DNA from: a virus
Taxonomy: Duplodnaviria > Heunggongvirae > Uroviricota > Caudoviricetes
DNA length: 64,000 nucleotides
Strand: one strand, 5' to 3'
Virus record (IMG/VR): IMGVR_UViG_3300031413_000001
Part shown: in pieces, positions 36,118 through 45,354 of the stretch
Position numbering within the stretch: the stretch's first letter is position 1
Layout: the number at the start of each line of letters is the position of its first letter
Position numbers and translations under genes: made by a program
The notes under the pieces: generated by a model
What the model was told of the DNA's origin: nothing
What the model saw: the letters and a program-made list of their open reading frames with translations, nothing else
Database searches by the model: none

Positions 36118-36825
36118 TTATCCTCCTTGATAGGTCATCCAATCGTTTGGAGCCGGCGCTGGCTGATCATAGGCATAATCAGCACTGACTGGTCGCGATG
36201 TGGATGGTGGAGCAACCGAGGTCGCCGTTGTTTCATCCCACCAGGTATTGTCCTCTGGTGTTGTTTGGTCTTGGGCATATTGAGCACTTGTGGGTGCCCC
36301 AATGTTCGTTGGTACCATTGTACCACTTGTCTCATCCCACCAGTTGTTGTTCTCTGGCGTAACCTGATCTTGTGCATACTGAGCATTGGTTGGTCGAGCA
36401 GAGTTGGTTCCAACGACCGTTCCCGTAGTCTCATCCCACCAGTTGTTATCAGTGGGTGTGGATTGACTTTGGGCATAGCGGGCACTTGTTGGTGCTGGAA
36501 CGCCGGGCGCGCTGCGAACAACCGCCGAAGTCTCGTCCCACCAAGCGTTATCGGCCGGCGGAGTGCTCTCATAGTTGTAATTACCAGCGACAAGTCTCTG
36601 GATATCGGTTGCCTGCTGGGTAGCACCGGTGATGCCCCACTGATTGATGTCTGCGGGTTGATCGGTTGCCACGTAGTTTCCAGTTGCAGGACGAACTCCC
36701 GTACCATTGACCACTCGGCCGGTGTTGTTCCAAGCCATGATATCAGCGGGTTGATCGGTTGCCGCATAGTTGCCGGTGTCGGGTCGAGAGGCTGGAGTAC
36801 TCTTGACAAAGAGGTTTGTTGCCAT
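36118..36825 (-). CDS. repeat protein (about 7 units of 31-34 aa, RP...YA.DQ..P.D..WW)
   Basis: Tandem repeats visible in protein and DNA (period ~93-102 nt). Confidence 0.75.
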   Translation of the reverse strand: MATNLFVKSTPASRPDTGNYAATDQPADIMAWNNTGRVVNGTGVRPATGNYVATDQPADINQWGITGATQQATDIQRLVAGNYNYESTPPADNAWWDETSAVVRSAPGVPAPTSARYAQSQSTPTDNNWWDETTGTVVGTNSARPTNAQYAQDQVTPENNNWWDETSGTMVPTNIGAPTSAQYAQDQTTPEDNTWWDETTATSVAPPSTSRPVSADYAYDQPAPAPNDWMTYQGG

Positions 36826-36869
36826 CCACCATTCCTGGGGACGAACAGGCTTCTTCATCGATCTGATCT

Positions 36870-36899
36870 TTAGGAGTGGGGGTTTCCACCCACTCCTAA
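36870..36899 (-). terminator. hairpin
   Basis: TTAGGAGTGGG...CCCACTCCTAA inverted repeat. Confidence 0.55.
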
Positions 36900-36921
36900 C
36901 ACTTATCCTAACGCTCATATC

Positions 36922-38202
36922 TTACGATGCATTCTTCAAAATGTTCCAGGCCAGTTTGCCCGAAGCATCAAGTCCCCACCAAAACACATCGCCGTTTGGC
37001 AACATGCGGGGGCGACTGTCATTGTACCAAGTCTGGATCCAGGGAGCCGTTACTTCAAAGCCAGTTGCACTGATGGCGCTTCCTGGGCTCTGACTTGCCA
37101 TGTTGGCATCATCACGACGGGTGATCTTGATCTTGATATTGCCGCTGGTTGCGCTGGCAAAGTGGGTACGATCCCACAGCATCACATAGTTGGGGTCCAT
37201 TGGAAACGCCAATTGTGGATTGGGAGATTGCGTTGAAGTAAAGCTACCAAAGCCATCATTGGTCGAGGTACCCACTGTGTTAGTGGTGCCACCGCTCAAT
37301 CCATAGTAATAGTTCCAAGTCCAGGACGTGCGAGCCATACGAGTGTCGGACATCATAGCCATGTCCTGCGCCTGCGTGACAAGCGAGTTACCCAGCGAGT
37401 TCTCAAAACGTGGATAATTGGCTGCAATCGTGCCATCGGCATTGACTACCAGTGTTTGAAACTGCATCGCAGTACCATTCCAAGCAGCCAAGGTACTGGC
37501 AGTCTTAAACGTGATAGCCTTCTTGGTGCTGTTGGGAATCGCACGCCAGTAAACTTCCGCGGAGTTAGCAGATCCCGCGTTGTTGAAACCTCCTTGGGAG
37601 GTCAAGTTGCTGCTATTGAATGTTACAACCTTGGTCGTGGTGTTGTAGGTACAGACAGCAGAGACGCTAGTCACCGAGGAATTGTTGAACCCAGCAAAGA
37701 GAAACTGATTATCGGCCAGTGGCACCAGTGTCGCGATGTTGGTGAACTTTGCATTGGAAAGCTGCTGAGGGGTCAAGTAGCCGGTGGAGTTGGGAATAGA
37801 AGTCTGCACAACATCGTAGGCATCCAGATTGGTTGCCGTTCTGGTGAACACATTATCGGCGTTGATCTCAAATACTTCATAGGACCAGCTAACGCTGGTT
37901 ACGGCCTGAAGATCCATGATCATAAAGGCGTTGTCGTTTAGCCGTACCATCTGAAGACTCAAGCCCCTGTAGGTCTTCTGATCCTGCATACGCGAGACAG
38001 TGACTGTTGGTGTACCGCCATTGGCCCAGCCCTCTGGGGTATCAACAACCACAAAGTAACGCCAATCAGGTGCACTCTGACAGTAAGTCCAGATCATGCG
38101 AGTTGGGGTTAGCTGGACGGCTGCCGAATAGGGCTGCGCGGTCCTAAGTGTTCCACCATTGTAGGGAATGGCAGGAATGCTTCGTGTAATTACCTCAGCC
38201 AT
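36922..38202 (-). CDS. beta-rich putative virion protein (paralogue B)
   Basis: VQLTPTRMIW.Y; KITRRDDAN; TAAATA upstream. Confidence 0.75.
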   Translation of the reverse strand: MAEVITRSIPAIPYNGGTLRTAQPYSAAVQLTPTRMIWTYCQSAPDWRYFVVVDTPEGWANGGTPTVTVSRMQDQKTYRGLSLQMVRLNDNAFMIMDLQAVTSVSWSYEVFEINADNVFTRTATNLDAYDVVQTSIPNSTGYLTPQQLSNAKFTNIATLVPLADNQFLFAGFNNSSVTSVSAVCTYNTTTKVVTFNSSNLTSQGGFNNAGSANSAEVYWRAIPNSTKKAITFKTASTLAAWNGTAMQFQTLVVNADGTIAANYPRFENSLGNSLVTQAQDMAMMSDTRMARTSWTWNYYYGLSGGTTNTVGTSTNDGFGSFTSTQSPNPQLAFPMDPNYVMLWDRTHFASATSGNIKIKITRRDDANMASQSPGSAISATGFEVTAPWIQTWYNDSRPRMLPNGDVFWWGLDASGKLAWNILKNAS

Positions 38203-38246
38203 ATTTTGCTCCTATTGCTTGACGTATTTATCTGCGTTGTTGGATA

Positions 38247-39914
38247 TTAGACTGGACGGAATTCCACCATGGAAACATAGATTCCGCCAATACCTCCCTG
38301 AACAGATCCATCGGTACTGTAACTCATTGACATGTTTATGCTGGTTCCCGAGACCGACACCTGTCTTTCCACAAAATCATTACTGAAAGATCCAGTACCT
38401 GATGCAACAGTCGATCCTCCCAGAGAGAGATTATAGGGATCATAGGTGTTTTCAGACTGAGCTAGGAAACGAATGATCGCAACACTCATTCCTGCGGGAA
38501 CCTTGAATGTGAAGCTGGTAGAATAGCTGACATTGTTTCCATGAGCGGGGGTGGCAAGTACGCCTGTTGATCCCAGCGCGGTATCGACGTAATCCAATAG
38601 CCTGAATCCTGAACCTGTTACTGTCATGTTTGCTGGTAGCTTGGTGGTGTCGTTGAAGAGGAAACGGGCATTCAAAACACGAGTTGGCTGTGGCAGTGGA
38701 TCAGTGGCCGGTGGGTTCACTGGTGCTACAGAAGTCGGCTCAAGCATGTTCAGACGATACGTTCCCGAAGACAATCCAGCCCACATCAAGTTGTTCTTAC
38801 TGGTTACAACAGGTCGCCTCTTGTCAAAGGGAAGTGTGAACTTGGTAGCGGCCGTGGAAGACGGCACCACCTTGCCCCACCAGTTATTAGCCGACCAAGT
38901 GCTAACTGTGTGAAAGTTCTTGTCTTCTCGACGAACAGCCTTCATGAACATTGAAGTATCAAGCTCTTGAAAGTATTCGCGTCGTAGCTGAAGATGATGA
39001 TCATTACCGAGTGGAACAATGATTGGTCGATACAACGTATTGTCATCATTGCTACCACTATAGTTCTGTGAGGCTGACCAGCTTTCGACGGTACCGTCCT
39101 TATTGTAATAGGTTTGACGCCCCCACTTGCTTACTACCATCCGATTGGGACCAAGGAACATTGGCTCACCATCAACGGTAAAGCGCGACCTGAGAGGGAC
39201 TCCGGTGTTGTCCATAAGCCAGATGCGAGTTGAGTAGGCGTAATAGTTGACCGTCACTGACCTGTTGACAATCATGGTATCGGTGGTGCCTGGAATCCTC
39301 TGCCATGAGATATCAGTGGTCAAATCTGTTTCACTGTCCACAGATTGACGAACCAGTGTTACCGATGCAGTGACTACTGGGGGACCAGCCGAAGCCGGAT
39401 TGAACTGATAGACAGCATAAGTGGACTGGTTGCTGGTGTTGTAGTAGGTTTGAATGAACCGAGTATCAGACAAGGGGATCAGAACGTGACTGGCATTGTA
39501 GCCATTATTCTTTGCGTTGGTGTTTGTCTGAACACTGGTATTCAACACGCGGGTGATGGTGGTCCCTGAAATCTCAAAGACTTCCAGCTTGATTGTTCCA
39601 GTGCTGCGCGGCTCACTTACCACAAAGCGGGTATCACTCAACCGGACAACACTGGCGCCATTTCCCTGAAAGGCTTCTCGATCCAGATAGCCAACCGTCC
39701 GAGTGATAGTTGGACTGGCAATGTTGGTGTCAAGGCCGTCGGGCATATCAACGACCAGAAAAGTCCTGGTGTAAAGGTCGGGTGAGACCCCGGTGATGTT
39801 ATAGAGGATCACCATCCTGTTGTCCGTTAGGCGAACATGGTTGGTAGATGTATAGGTTCCATTGAATGTTCCCTGGGCAACATTCAGCGCAATCTGACGC
39901 GAGACAATAGCCAT
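38247..39914 (-). CDS. beta-rich putative virion protein (paralogue C) with extra C-terminal domain
   Basis: VRLTDNRMV.LY; KAVRREDKN; Pro linker then beta-sandwich-like domain; TAAATA upstream. Confidence 0.75.
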   Translation of the reverse strand: MAIVSRQIALNVAQGTFNGTYTSTNHVRLTDNRMVILYNITGVSPDLYTRTFLVVDMPDGLDTNIASPTITRTVGYLDREAFQGNGASVVRLSDTRFVVSEPRSTGTIKLEVFEISGTTITRVLNTSVQTNTNAKNNGYNASHVLIPLSDTRFIQTYYNTSNQSTYAVYQFNPASAGPPVVTASVTLVRQSVDSETDLTTDISWQRIPGTTDTMIVNRSVTVNYYAYSTRIWLMDNTGVPLRSRFTVDGEPMFLGPNRMVVSKWGRQTYYNKDGTVESWSASQNYSGSNDDNTLYRPIIVPLGNDHHLQLRREYFQELDTSMFMKAVRREDKNFHTVSTWSANNWWGKVVPSSTAATKFTLPFDKRRPVVTSKNNLMWAGLSSGTYRLNMLEPTSVAPVNPPATDPLPQPTRVLNARFLFNDTTKLPANMTVTGSGFRLLDYVDTALGSTGVLATPAHGNNVSYSTSFTFKVPAGMSVAIIRFLAQSENTYDPYNLSLGGSTVASGTGSFSNDFVERQVSVSGTSINMSMSYSTDGSVQGGIGGIYVSMVEFRPV

Positions 39915-40026
39915 TTAGTCCTCCGGATCTTCACCCTATTTAGTCACATTCTTTTGGTCACCCTACAACAAACCTGGTTGACGGGTGTTATATAGAGTAT
40001 AGAAGATGCTTAGAAGGAGATCGAAG

Positions 40027-40317
40027 ATGAACGTTAAGCCAGAAGCAGGTGATGTATATTTCCTGGACGCAGAGCGCATTCTCGTTTATGGTCTCCAAGG
40101 CATTGCTCTAAAGCTGGGCCAGCGCAACTTGGAACGCCTTCGGACGATCTACCGAACACACGAGTGCGTAAAGGAAACTGATATGAGCGACCGACGCTTT
40201 ACGGTTGCTTATGATGAGAACTGGCAGAAGTTCCGCTTCGAAGTCGCAGGTGGCGAAACTGTCCGAGTGGAAGCATGGCAGTTGGTGCCCGATGTTTTGG
40301 AGAAGATGGCAGCGTGA
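40027..40317 (+). CDS. hypothetical protein
   Basis: AGGAGATCG RBS. Confidence 0.65.
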   Translation: MNVKPEAGDVYFLDAERILVYGLQGIALKLGQRNLERLRTIYRTHECVKETDMSDRRFTVAYDENWQKFRFEVAGGETVRVEAWQLVPDVLEKMAA

Positions 40318-40589
40318 AAGTCAACGACCTACGTGAACAGTTCAAGGCCGCGTTTGAGGAGTACGTGGCCTATCGTGCTACCATGATGACCGCCAGGGAC
40401 CCCAATCGACCCAAGGGCAACATGCGGCAATGTTACCTCCATGCCAAGGAAATGCTGGATGGCAACATGCAGCCAACGACCAAATACAAGATGGTCCTGA
40501 TCCGCTTAGTGAGAACCGGCGACGTATATCTTCATGCAAAGAAGCATGGGATTCAAAGCGCCATGATGTTCAAGCTGAGCAGAGAATAG
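40314..40589 (+). CDS. small protein with C-terminal AMMFKL motif
   Basis: Ends GIQSAMMFKLSRE. Confidence 0.6.
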   Translation: MKVNDLREQFKAAFEEYVAYRATMMTARDPNRPKGNMRQCYLHAKEMLDGNMQPTTKYKMVLIRLVRTGDVYLHAKKHGIQSAMMFKLSRE

Positions 40590-40642
40590 GTTGACGCCCT
40601 CCCCCGCTCCTCTTAAATAGAGTTGAAGCAGGGGAGGATCCA

Positions 40643-40798
40643 ATGGTCGTTTGCGTCTGTAACAACTTGAACACCGCAAAGATCACCAGCGCAAAAGCTG
40701 CTGGGATGAAGTCCCCTCATCAAGCGTACCAATGGCTTGGCTGCGCCGTCCGTTGCGGTTCCTGCTGCAAGGACGCTTGCAAAATCCTAAAGAATTGA
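40643..40798 (+). CDS. bfd: bacterioferritin-associated ferredoxin (2Fe-2S; not in ORF track)
   Basis: 51 aa MVVCVCN...CGSC; SD GGAGG. Confidence 0.8.
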   Translation: MVVCVCNNLNTAKITSAKAAGMKSPHQAYQWLGCAVRCGSCCKDACKILKN

Positions 40799-40829
40799 CA
40801 TAAAGGGTCCTCTTCGCTACTAGGGCGGG

Positions 40830-41198
40830 ATGACTGATATGAAAATGTACGCCATTGTGAGCAATGAGGCCGTGAAGGCCAGTGGGGGCAACCGCGGAAA
40901 AATGGGTGCCCAGATTGGTCACGCATTCGTCCACAGCATGATGGACTCCCTGATGCGCTTTCCCGCGGATGCTCAGGCTTATCTGGCAAGCGGCACGGTG
41001 GGCAAGGTTTGCCTAAAGGCCGACGAAGCGGATCTCCATGCCCTCTCGGTTCTCTACAAGAACAAGTGCGGGGTCTTTTTGGTCAAGGATGCAGGCCTCA
41101 CGGTCTTTCCCAGGCCAATGATCACTGCGGTTGGAATTGGCCCCATTCGTGTGAGCGATCGCGATCCTGTGTTGGCAGCTTTGAAGGTGTGGATATGA
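40830..41198 (+). CDS. pth2: peptidyl-tRNA hydrolase, Pth2 type
   Basis: GK..AQ.GHA, KVCLK, V.DAGLT, TAVGIGP. Confidence 0.9.
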   Translation: MTDMKMYAIVSNEAVKASGGNRGKMGAQIGHAFVHSMMDSLMRFPADAQAYLASGTVGKVCLKADEADLHALSVLYKNKCGVFLVKDAGLTVFPRPMITAVGIGPIRVSDRDPVLAALKVWI

Positions 41199-41413
41199 AG
41201 ATTCCCAAAGATGGCTTGTTTGGAACGCTGAGCCAGCGTGAGATGCGATTGGTCATGCTGGGAAGCTGCCTGAACACCCTGCTTCTTGCAGTCTTGCCCC
41301 GAGGCATGACCCTGATCCTTTTGCCATTTGCCATCCTGCTCCTGGCTGTGATCACTATCAATCAGTACAATCGCGTGAAAAGCGGACAGGATCCCGAAGA
41401 TCGCTCTCGCTGA
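41195..41413 (+). CDS. small membrane protein
   Basis: Two hydrophobic segments; ATGA overlap. Confidence 0.55.
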   Translation: MKIPKDGLFGTLSQREMRLVMLGSCLNTLLLAVLPRGMTLILLPFAILLLAVITINQYNRVKSGQDPEDRSR

Positions 41414-41474
41414 TGCAACTTCCTGGTTGTCTGTGTGTTCTACTATTATAACAGACAGCAAGGAGCGCGGCAAC

Positions 41475-41585
41475 ATGCAGAATCTTAACGCTTTCGTCAA
41501 GACCAACAAGCAGATCGCCAAGGGTGTGCAGACTCCCAACTCGGTCCTCGATGCACTGGTCGAGCAGCTTAAGAATATCCGTTGA
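41475..41585 (+). CDS. 36-aa hypothetical peptide (not in ORF track)
   Basis: SD AAGGAG; biased codons. Confidence 0.45.
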   Translation: MQNLNAFVKTNKQIAKGVQTPNSVLDALVEQLKNIR

Positions 41586-41616
41586 CACGGTGGTGCTCTA
41601 TGTTTAGAGCTGGCAT

Positions 41617-42156
41617 ATGAGCACCACAATTGGCTTCGGCTGCGGACAGATCTACAACTTCCCAGAGATAAAGAACTTTGTGCGTCTTTATCGTGAGGAG
41701 ATGATCCGTCGAAAAATGCCCAGCACATGGCCTGACAGCGAGCACATCCATCAGGCCCATCTTTCCTACAACGACGAACCCATCACGATGATCATGTTCG
41801 CTCCGCTAAAGCTGAGCCATGACGCTGACAGTGTGGGCAAGAACGTCTACGTCGCGGGTGCCTATACGCGACCTAGTTGGCGTCGAACCGGCCTCTACAG
41901 TGATCTGGTCAACCTGATGGTTGATGAGTGGAGGCTGGAAGACTCCTATGATTGGCTTCGTGGTGGCTTTCACCTCAACAATGAAGCAAGTCGGGCCATG
42001 CAGTTAAGTCAGGGTCGGGAGTTCTACGAGGTAACTCAGGACTACCAGCGGACCCGGTTGAGCCTTCGCCCACTGGGAACCGAAGAGCCAATGTCCCAGG
42101 AAAAGCTTCGTCCCATATTGGAAAAGCTGGATAGATTATCTGGAATAACTGGTTGA
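41617..42156 (+). CDS. GNAT-family acetyltransferase
   Basis: AYTRPSWRRTGLYS acetyl-CoA motif A; N.AS motif B. Confidence 0.7.
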   Translation: MSTTIGFGCGQIYNFPEIKNFVRLYREEMIRRKMPSTWPDSEHIHQAHLSYNDEPITMIMFAPLKLSHDADSVGKNVYVAGAYTRPSWRRTGLYSDLVNLMVDEWRLEDSYDWLRGGFHLNNEASRAMQLSQGREFYEVTQDYQRTRLSLRPLGTEEPMSQEKLRPILEKLDRLSGITG

Positions 42157-42205
42157 CTCCCTGTCCAGTTCTGCTAACTAGAACTGGACAAGAGGGAGAA
42201 ACAGC

Positions 42206-42514
42206 ATGGCACGGACTTATCGGCAGCGCGATCCTGGACTGATCCGGGCAATCCGTCGCAATCGCCACAACGACACCACCGTGCAGGCATGGCGTCCCCT
42301 TGACAGCCGGTATGGTCGCCACGATCTCGCCATCCTTCGTGGACAGGATGGCGCCATCAAGATGGACAAGTGCCAGGACGCCAACATCGACAACGATGGC
42401 GGGTTCAAGCTCAACGGTCACGACTGGACCTACTTTAAGAACAACACCCGCGAGGTTCGCCGTAAGCGCCGTGAGGCAGGCAAAAAGGCTATCAGCCGCG
42501 CACTTGAGTGTTGA
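42206..42514 (+). CDS. basic hypothetical protein
   Basis: Conserved promoter at 42147 and SD upstream. Confidence 0.65.
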   Translation: MARTYRQRDPGLIRAIRRNRHNDTTVQAWRPLDSRYGRHDLAILRGQDGAIKMDKCQDANIDNDGGFKLNGHDWTYFKNNTREVRRKRREAGKKAISRALEC

Positions 42515-42558
42515 ACTGCTGATCTCCACAAACTATGGTGTGCCCATAGGAGAACAGC

Positions 42559-42939
42559 ATGATCAATTTTGCAGCCTTTGAAGCACTGATCGGATTTATC
42601 ACTGGTGAGCGAAAGCGCCAGACACAGCTTCACGAGGAATTCCTCGCATTCTTCCAGGATCTGGTCAAGATCCTCCCCGATGATCTGGCACGTGAGTTCG
42701 GCAAGGTAACGGCCCCCACGATGCACCATGGGCAAAAGCGCGACTATCTGATCGAGCTCACTGTCACTGATCTTCTGTGGTGGCGCACCATCGTGGACGA
42801 GGGTGGTCGCTTTATCGCAGGCACCGTGGCGGTTCAGCGGGATATCTGGGATCATCTGAATCGTCAGCTGCTCACAGGTTCGCTGACCGATGAGCAGCGC
42901 CTCCATCTTCTGAATCTGATGAACCAGCCCGACGACTAA
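42559..42939 (+). CDS. hypothetical protein
   Basis: SD AGGAG. Confidence 0.65.
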   Translation: MINFAAFEALIGFITGERKRQTQLHEEFLAFFQDLVKILPDDLAREFGKVTAPTMHHGQKRDYLIELTVTDLLWWRTIVDEGGRFIAGTVAVQRDIWDHLNRQLLTGSLTDEQRLHLLNLMNQPDD

Positions 42940-42978
42940 GCGGTTGACGATCAGCCAGTCTGGGCATAGGAACTGGTT

Positions 42979-43572
42979 ATGAAAGTTACTTCCCATCTAG
43001 GCCAGCATATCAGCCCAGGCTTCCATTTGTTTGAGACGGTGCGAACCGAGATCAAGCAAGTTTGGTTCTGTGGTTTCTTGGTCTCCCATGAGGAGATCGA
43101 GATTCCAGAGGAGCATGGGCTGCATATTCCCGACCCGGGTCTTGATGGTCCGCCTGAGGATGACAACTCCTGGCCGGTTCGTGGAACGTTTACGTTTGCG
43201 GATCGGACCTGGATTGTGGTTCGAGACGATGACATCGGCTTTTGGGGATGGAATGGGCGCGAGCCCCACACCCGTCAGTCCATGCTGGAGGCCCTGGATT
43301 TCAGGCATCGCGCAGCAATGCAGGAGGGGCAGATCAAGGGGTGGTGGGACTTGGATGCAACGGGAACTGTTCCACTCCAGAAAGCAATCCAGGTCAGCAT
43401 CCAGGACATGGAAGCGCAGAACAAGCCGCTGATGGCCCACCTGATGGTGGACTTGAAGTTCTTTTCCAGCGTCAGTCAAGCAAAGAAGAATGGCTGGGAT
43501 AAGCCTCTTGAGCTTGGCCGACATGAACTCGGCCCCAAAAAGAAACGTGCCTTTGTGGAGATCATTCCCTGA
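42979..43572 (+). CDS. hypothetical protein with C-terminal S4-like segment
   Basis: MAHLMVDLKFFSSVSQAKKNGW...LG.KK. Confidence 0.6.
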   Translation: MKVTSHLGQHISPGFHLFETVRTEIKQVWFCGFLVSHEEIEIPEEHGLHIPDPGLDGPPEDDNSWPVRGTFTFADRTWIVVRDDDIGFWGWNGREPHTRQSMLEALDFRHRAAMQEGQIKGWWDLDATGTVPLQKAIQVSIQDMEAQNKPLMAHLMVDLKFFSSVSQAKKNGWDKPLELGRHELGPKKKRAFVEIIP

Positions 43573-44060
43573 TGGTCAAGGAAACAATAGGCGGCAGAGG
43601 AGATCCCAATATGGCCAGCAAACCACCCGAGAACCCGGAGTATCGCTACTATGGTGAGAACCCTCGCCGTCGTGCGCTAACAACGGGACAGGTTCGTTTC
43701 CGTCTCCAGCACCGGGGAAGCCGCGAACCACTTCTCATCCTCCAGATCGAGGAAAACCACGAGGAGCAGAAAAGTAACCGTGGGGGAACCTACTGGCGTC
43801 CCATCGAGGGCACTGCGTGGCGCGATGCCAAGCTGGAAGACCTCTCGGTCATGGATATCACCAAGCTGAACATCATCCGCGATGGTGGCGAGATGCCGGT
43901 GTGTTTCCGTCCCTTCAAGAGCTGGTTTGGCACTGAGCGGCTGATCCTTCAGATCATGCAGGGAAGTGTGGGAAGCCCCAGCTGGGTGGACGCCAAGATG
44001 CAGGATCTGCTGTTTAAGGATGGCAAGATCCTGGGCGGCATTGGGCTGGTTGCACGATGA
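43572..44060 (+). CDS. protein with two WRDA-type domains
   Basis: FR...LILQ...WRDAK.EDL twice. Confidence 0.65.
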   Translation: MVKETIGGRGDPNMASKPPENPEYRYYGENPRRRALTTGQVRFRLQHRGSREPLLILQIEENHEEQKSNRGGTYWRPIEGTAWRDAKLEDLSVMDITKLNIIRDGGEMPVCFRPFKSWFGTERLILQIMQGSVGSPSWVDAKMQDLLFKDGKILGGIGLVAR

Positions 44061-44422
44061 GCGCCAAGTGGGTACGTACCGGCAAGACTCGCCTGTTCAT
44101 GGTGTCCAGGTGGTTTCGTCGACCACTGGTTGGCCTGCAGGTTGAGTTCGTGGACGAGTCCTATTATGACAACGGCCGACGCCCAACAACTTGGGAATCA
44201 GCTGGTCTTTCGGACTTGACAGCCACCAAGGGAATAGATCCCAGGGGTCCGCAGAGCTCAATCCGCTACCGGGCTCACAAGACAGGCGTCTGGCGAAACC
44301 TCTGGCTGGTCATGCAGGTCTGTGACGATCCCGATTCCAACAAGTGGCGGGATGCGCGTGTTGAAGACCTGGGAGACTTCGCGCAAGTTTCCTGCGAAAG
44401 CTACAAGTCAGCGAAGAATTAG
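44057..44422 (+). CDS. protein with two WRDA-type domains
   Basis: LQV...WESAGLSDL and YR...VMQV...WRDARVEDL. Confidence 0.65.
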   Translation: MSAKWVRTGKTRLFMVSRWFRRPLVGLQVEFVDESYYDNGRRPTTWESAGLSDLTATKGIDPRGPQSSIRYRAHKTGVWRNLWLVMQVCDDPDSNKWRDARVEDLGDFAQVSCESYKSAKN

Positions 44423-44955
44423 CCCTCTAGAAGAGGTGGCTGAAGGGCCTGACGGTACTCAGTAAGCATTGTCCACTTGGGTGGAAGCGTGTCGCCGTGA
44501 CGGGCTTCCATCAGTGCCCACAGTGCTAGGAAGACTTGCAGGTTCAAGTCCACGTCTCGCTCACAGTAGGGAACCATCCGGGGATCAAAGCGGTAGAAAG
44601 AAAAGGGAGTGTTGAGCTTGGGAAGTCCAAGTATCTCACCCCAACTGTCCAGCTTGTGATCGCTCATCTTGGTCAGGGCTTTGCTCAGATACAGGGTGTC
44701 TAGGACTCGATCACGATCAAACGTTACTGTGCCCTCCATGATCTTTTCAATTACCCTGATGTCAAAGCTCTTGATATTGTGACCAACCAGCAATTTTGCG
44801 GCTTGCAAACGCATGATAGCCACTGCAATGCGTTCCGGACCCACAAAGCTCTCGCGCTCATAGGTGATCAAGTCGATCATGCAGATACACCAGATACGCT
44901 TGGGCTTGAAGCCGTCGCACTCCAGATCGAACAAGATGTATTCCCAGTTTGACAT
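44419..44955 (-). CDS. stand-alone DEDDy 3'-5' exonuclease (PolA exo-like)
   Basis: ExoI FDLECDG, ExoII GHNIKSFD, ExoIII YCERDV. Confidence 0.88.
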   Translation of the reverse strand: MSNWEYILFDLECDGFKPKRIWCICMIDLITYERESFVGPERIAVAIMRLQAAKLLVGHNIKSFDIRVIEKIMEGTVTFDRDRVLDTLYLSKALTKMSDHKLDSWGEILGLPKLNTPFSFYRFDPRMVPYCERDVDLNLQVFLALWALMEARHGDTLPPKWTMLTEYRQALQPPLLEG

Positions 44956-45003
44956 GTGTTCAGTTTACACTATGTTGCCCAGAGTGTCACTTTAGGAGTT
45001 GCA

Positions 45004-45354
45004 ATGTCGTATCCTGATTATCTGGAAGAGAAGATTCCACGTAGTGGTCGACCCTGCACCTGCGGGGCAACCTACCACAACGCGATGATTGGACGGGCCG
45101 AGACGCCTTTTGCCGACTATGCGGCTCTTCTAAGACGTCAGGGTCCCAAAAATTACCAGCTGGCATCGTCGATCGAAAAGTTCTACGGCGAGCAACAAAG
45201 TCATGTGTTCTTTGACTTCTTCCCAGCGGCCGCTGCAACCTATCGGATCGATCAGAGAACCAGTGCACCAATATCTGGGTGGCAACTCGACCAAGACCGT
45301 CGATGCCGGGATGGTCAGATCTACGACAAATGGGGCTATGTTCTCCGTGAGTAG
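45004..45354 (+). CDS. hypothetical protein
   Basis: SD AGGAG; CTCG. Confidence 0.55.
   Translation: MSYPDYLEEKIPRSGRPCTCGATYHNAMIGRAETPFADYAALLRRQGPKNYQLASSIEKFYGEQQSHVFFDFFPAAAATYRIDQRTSAPISGWQLDQDRRCRDGQIYDKWGYVLRE

Noticed and set aside
36118-36825. CRISPR-like array (recurring TCATCCCACCAG every ~99 nt)
   Set aside because: The period is a multiple of 3, copies vary at synonymous positions and translate to protein repeats; no cas genes are present.
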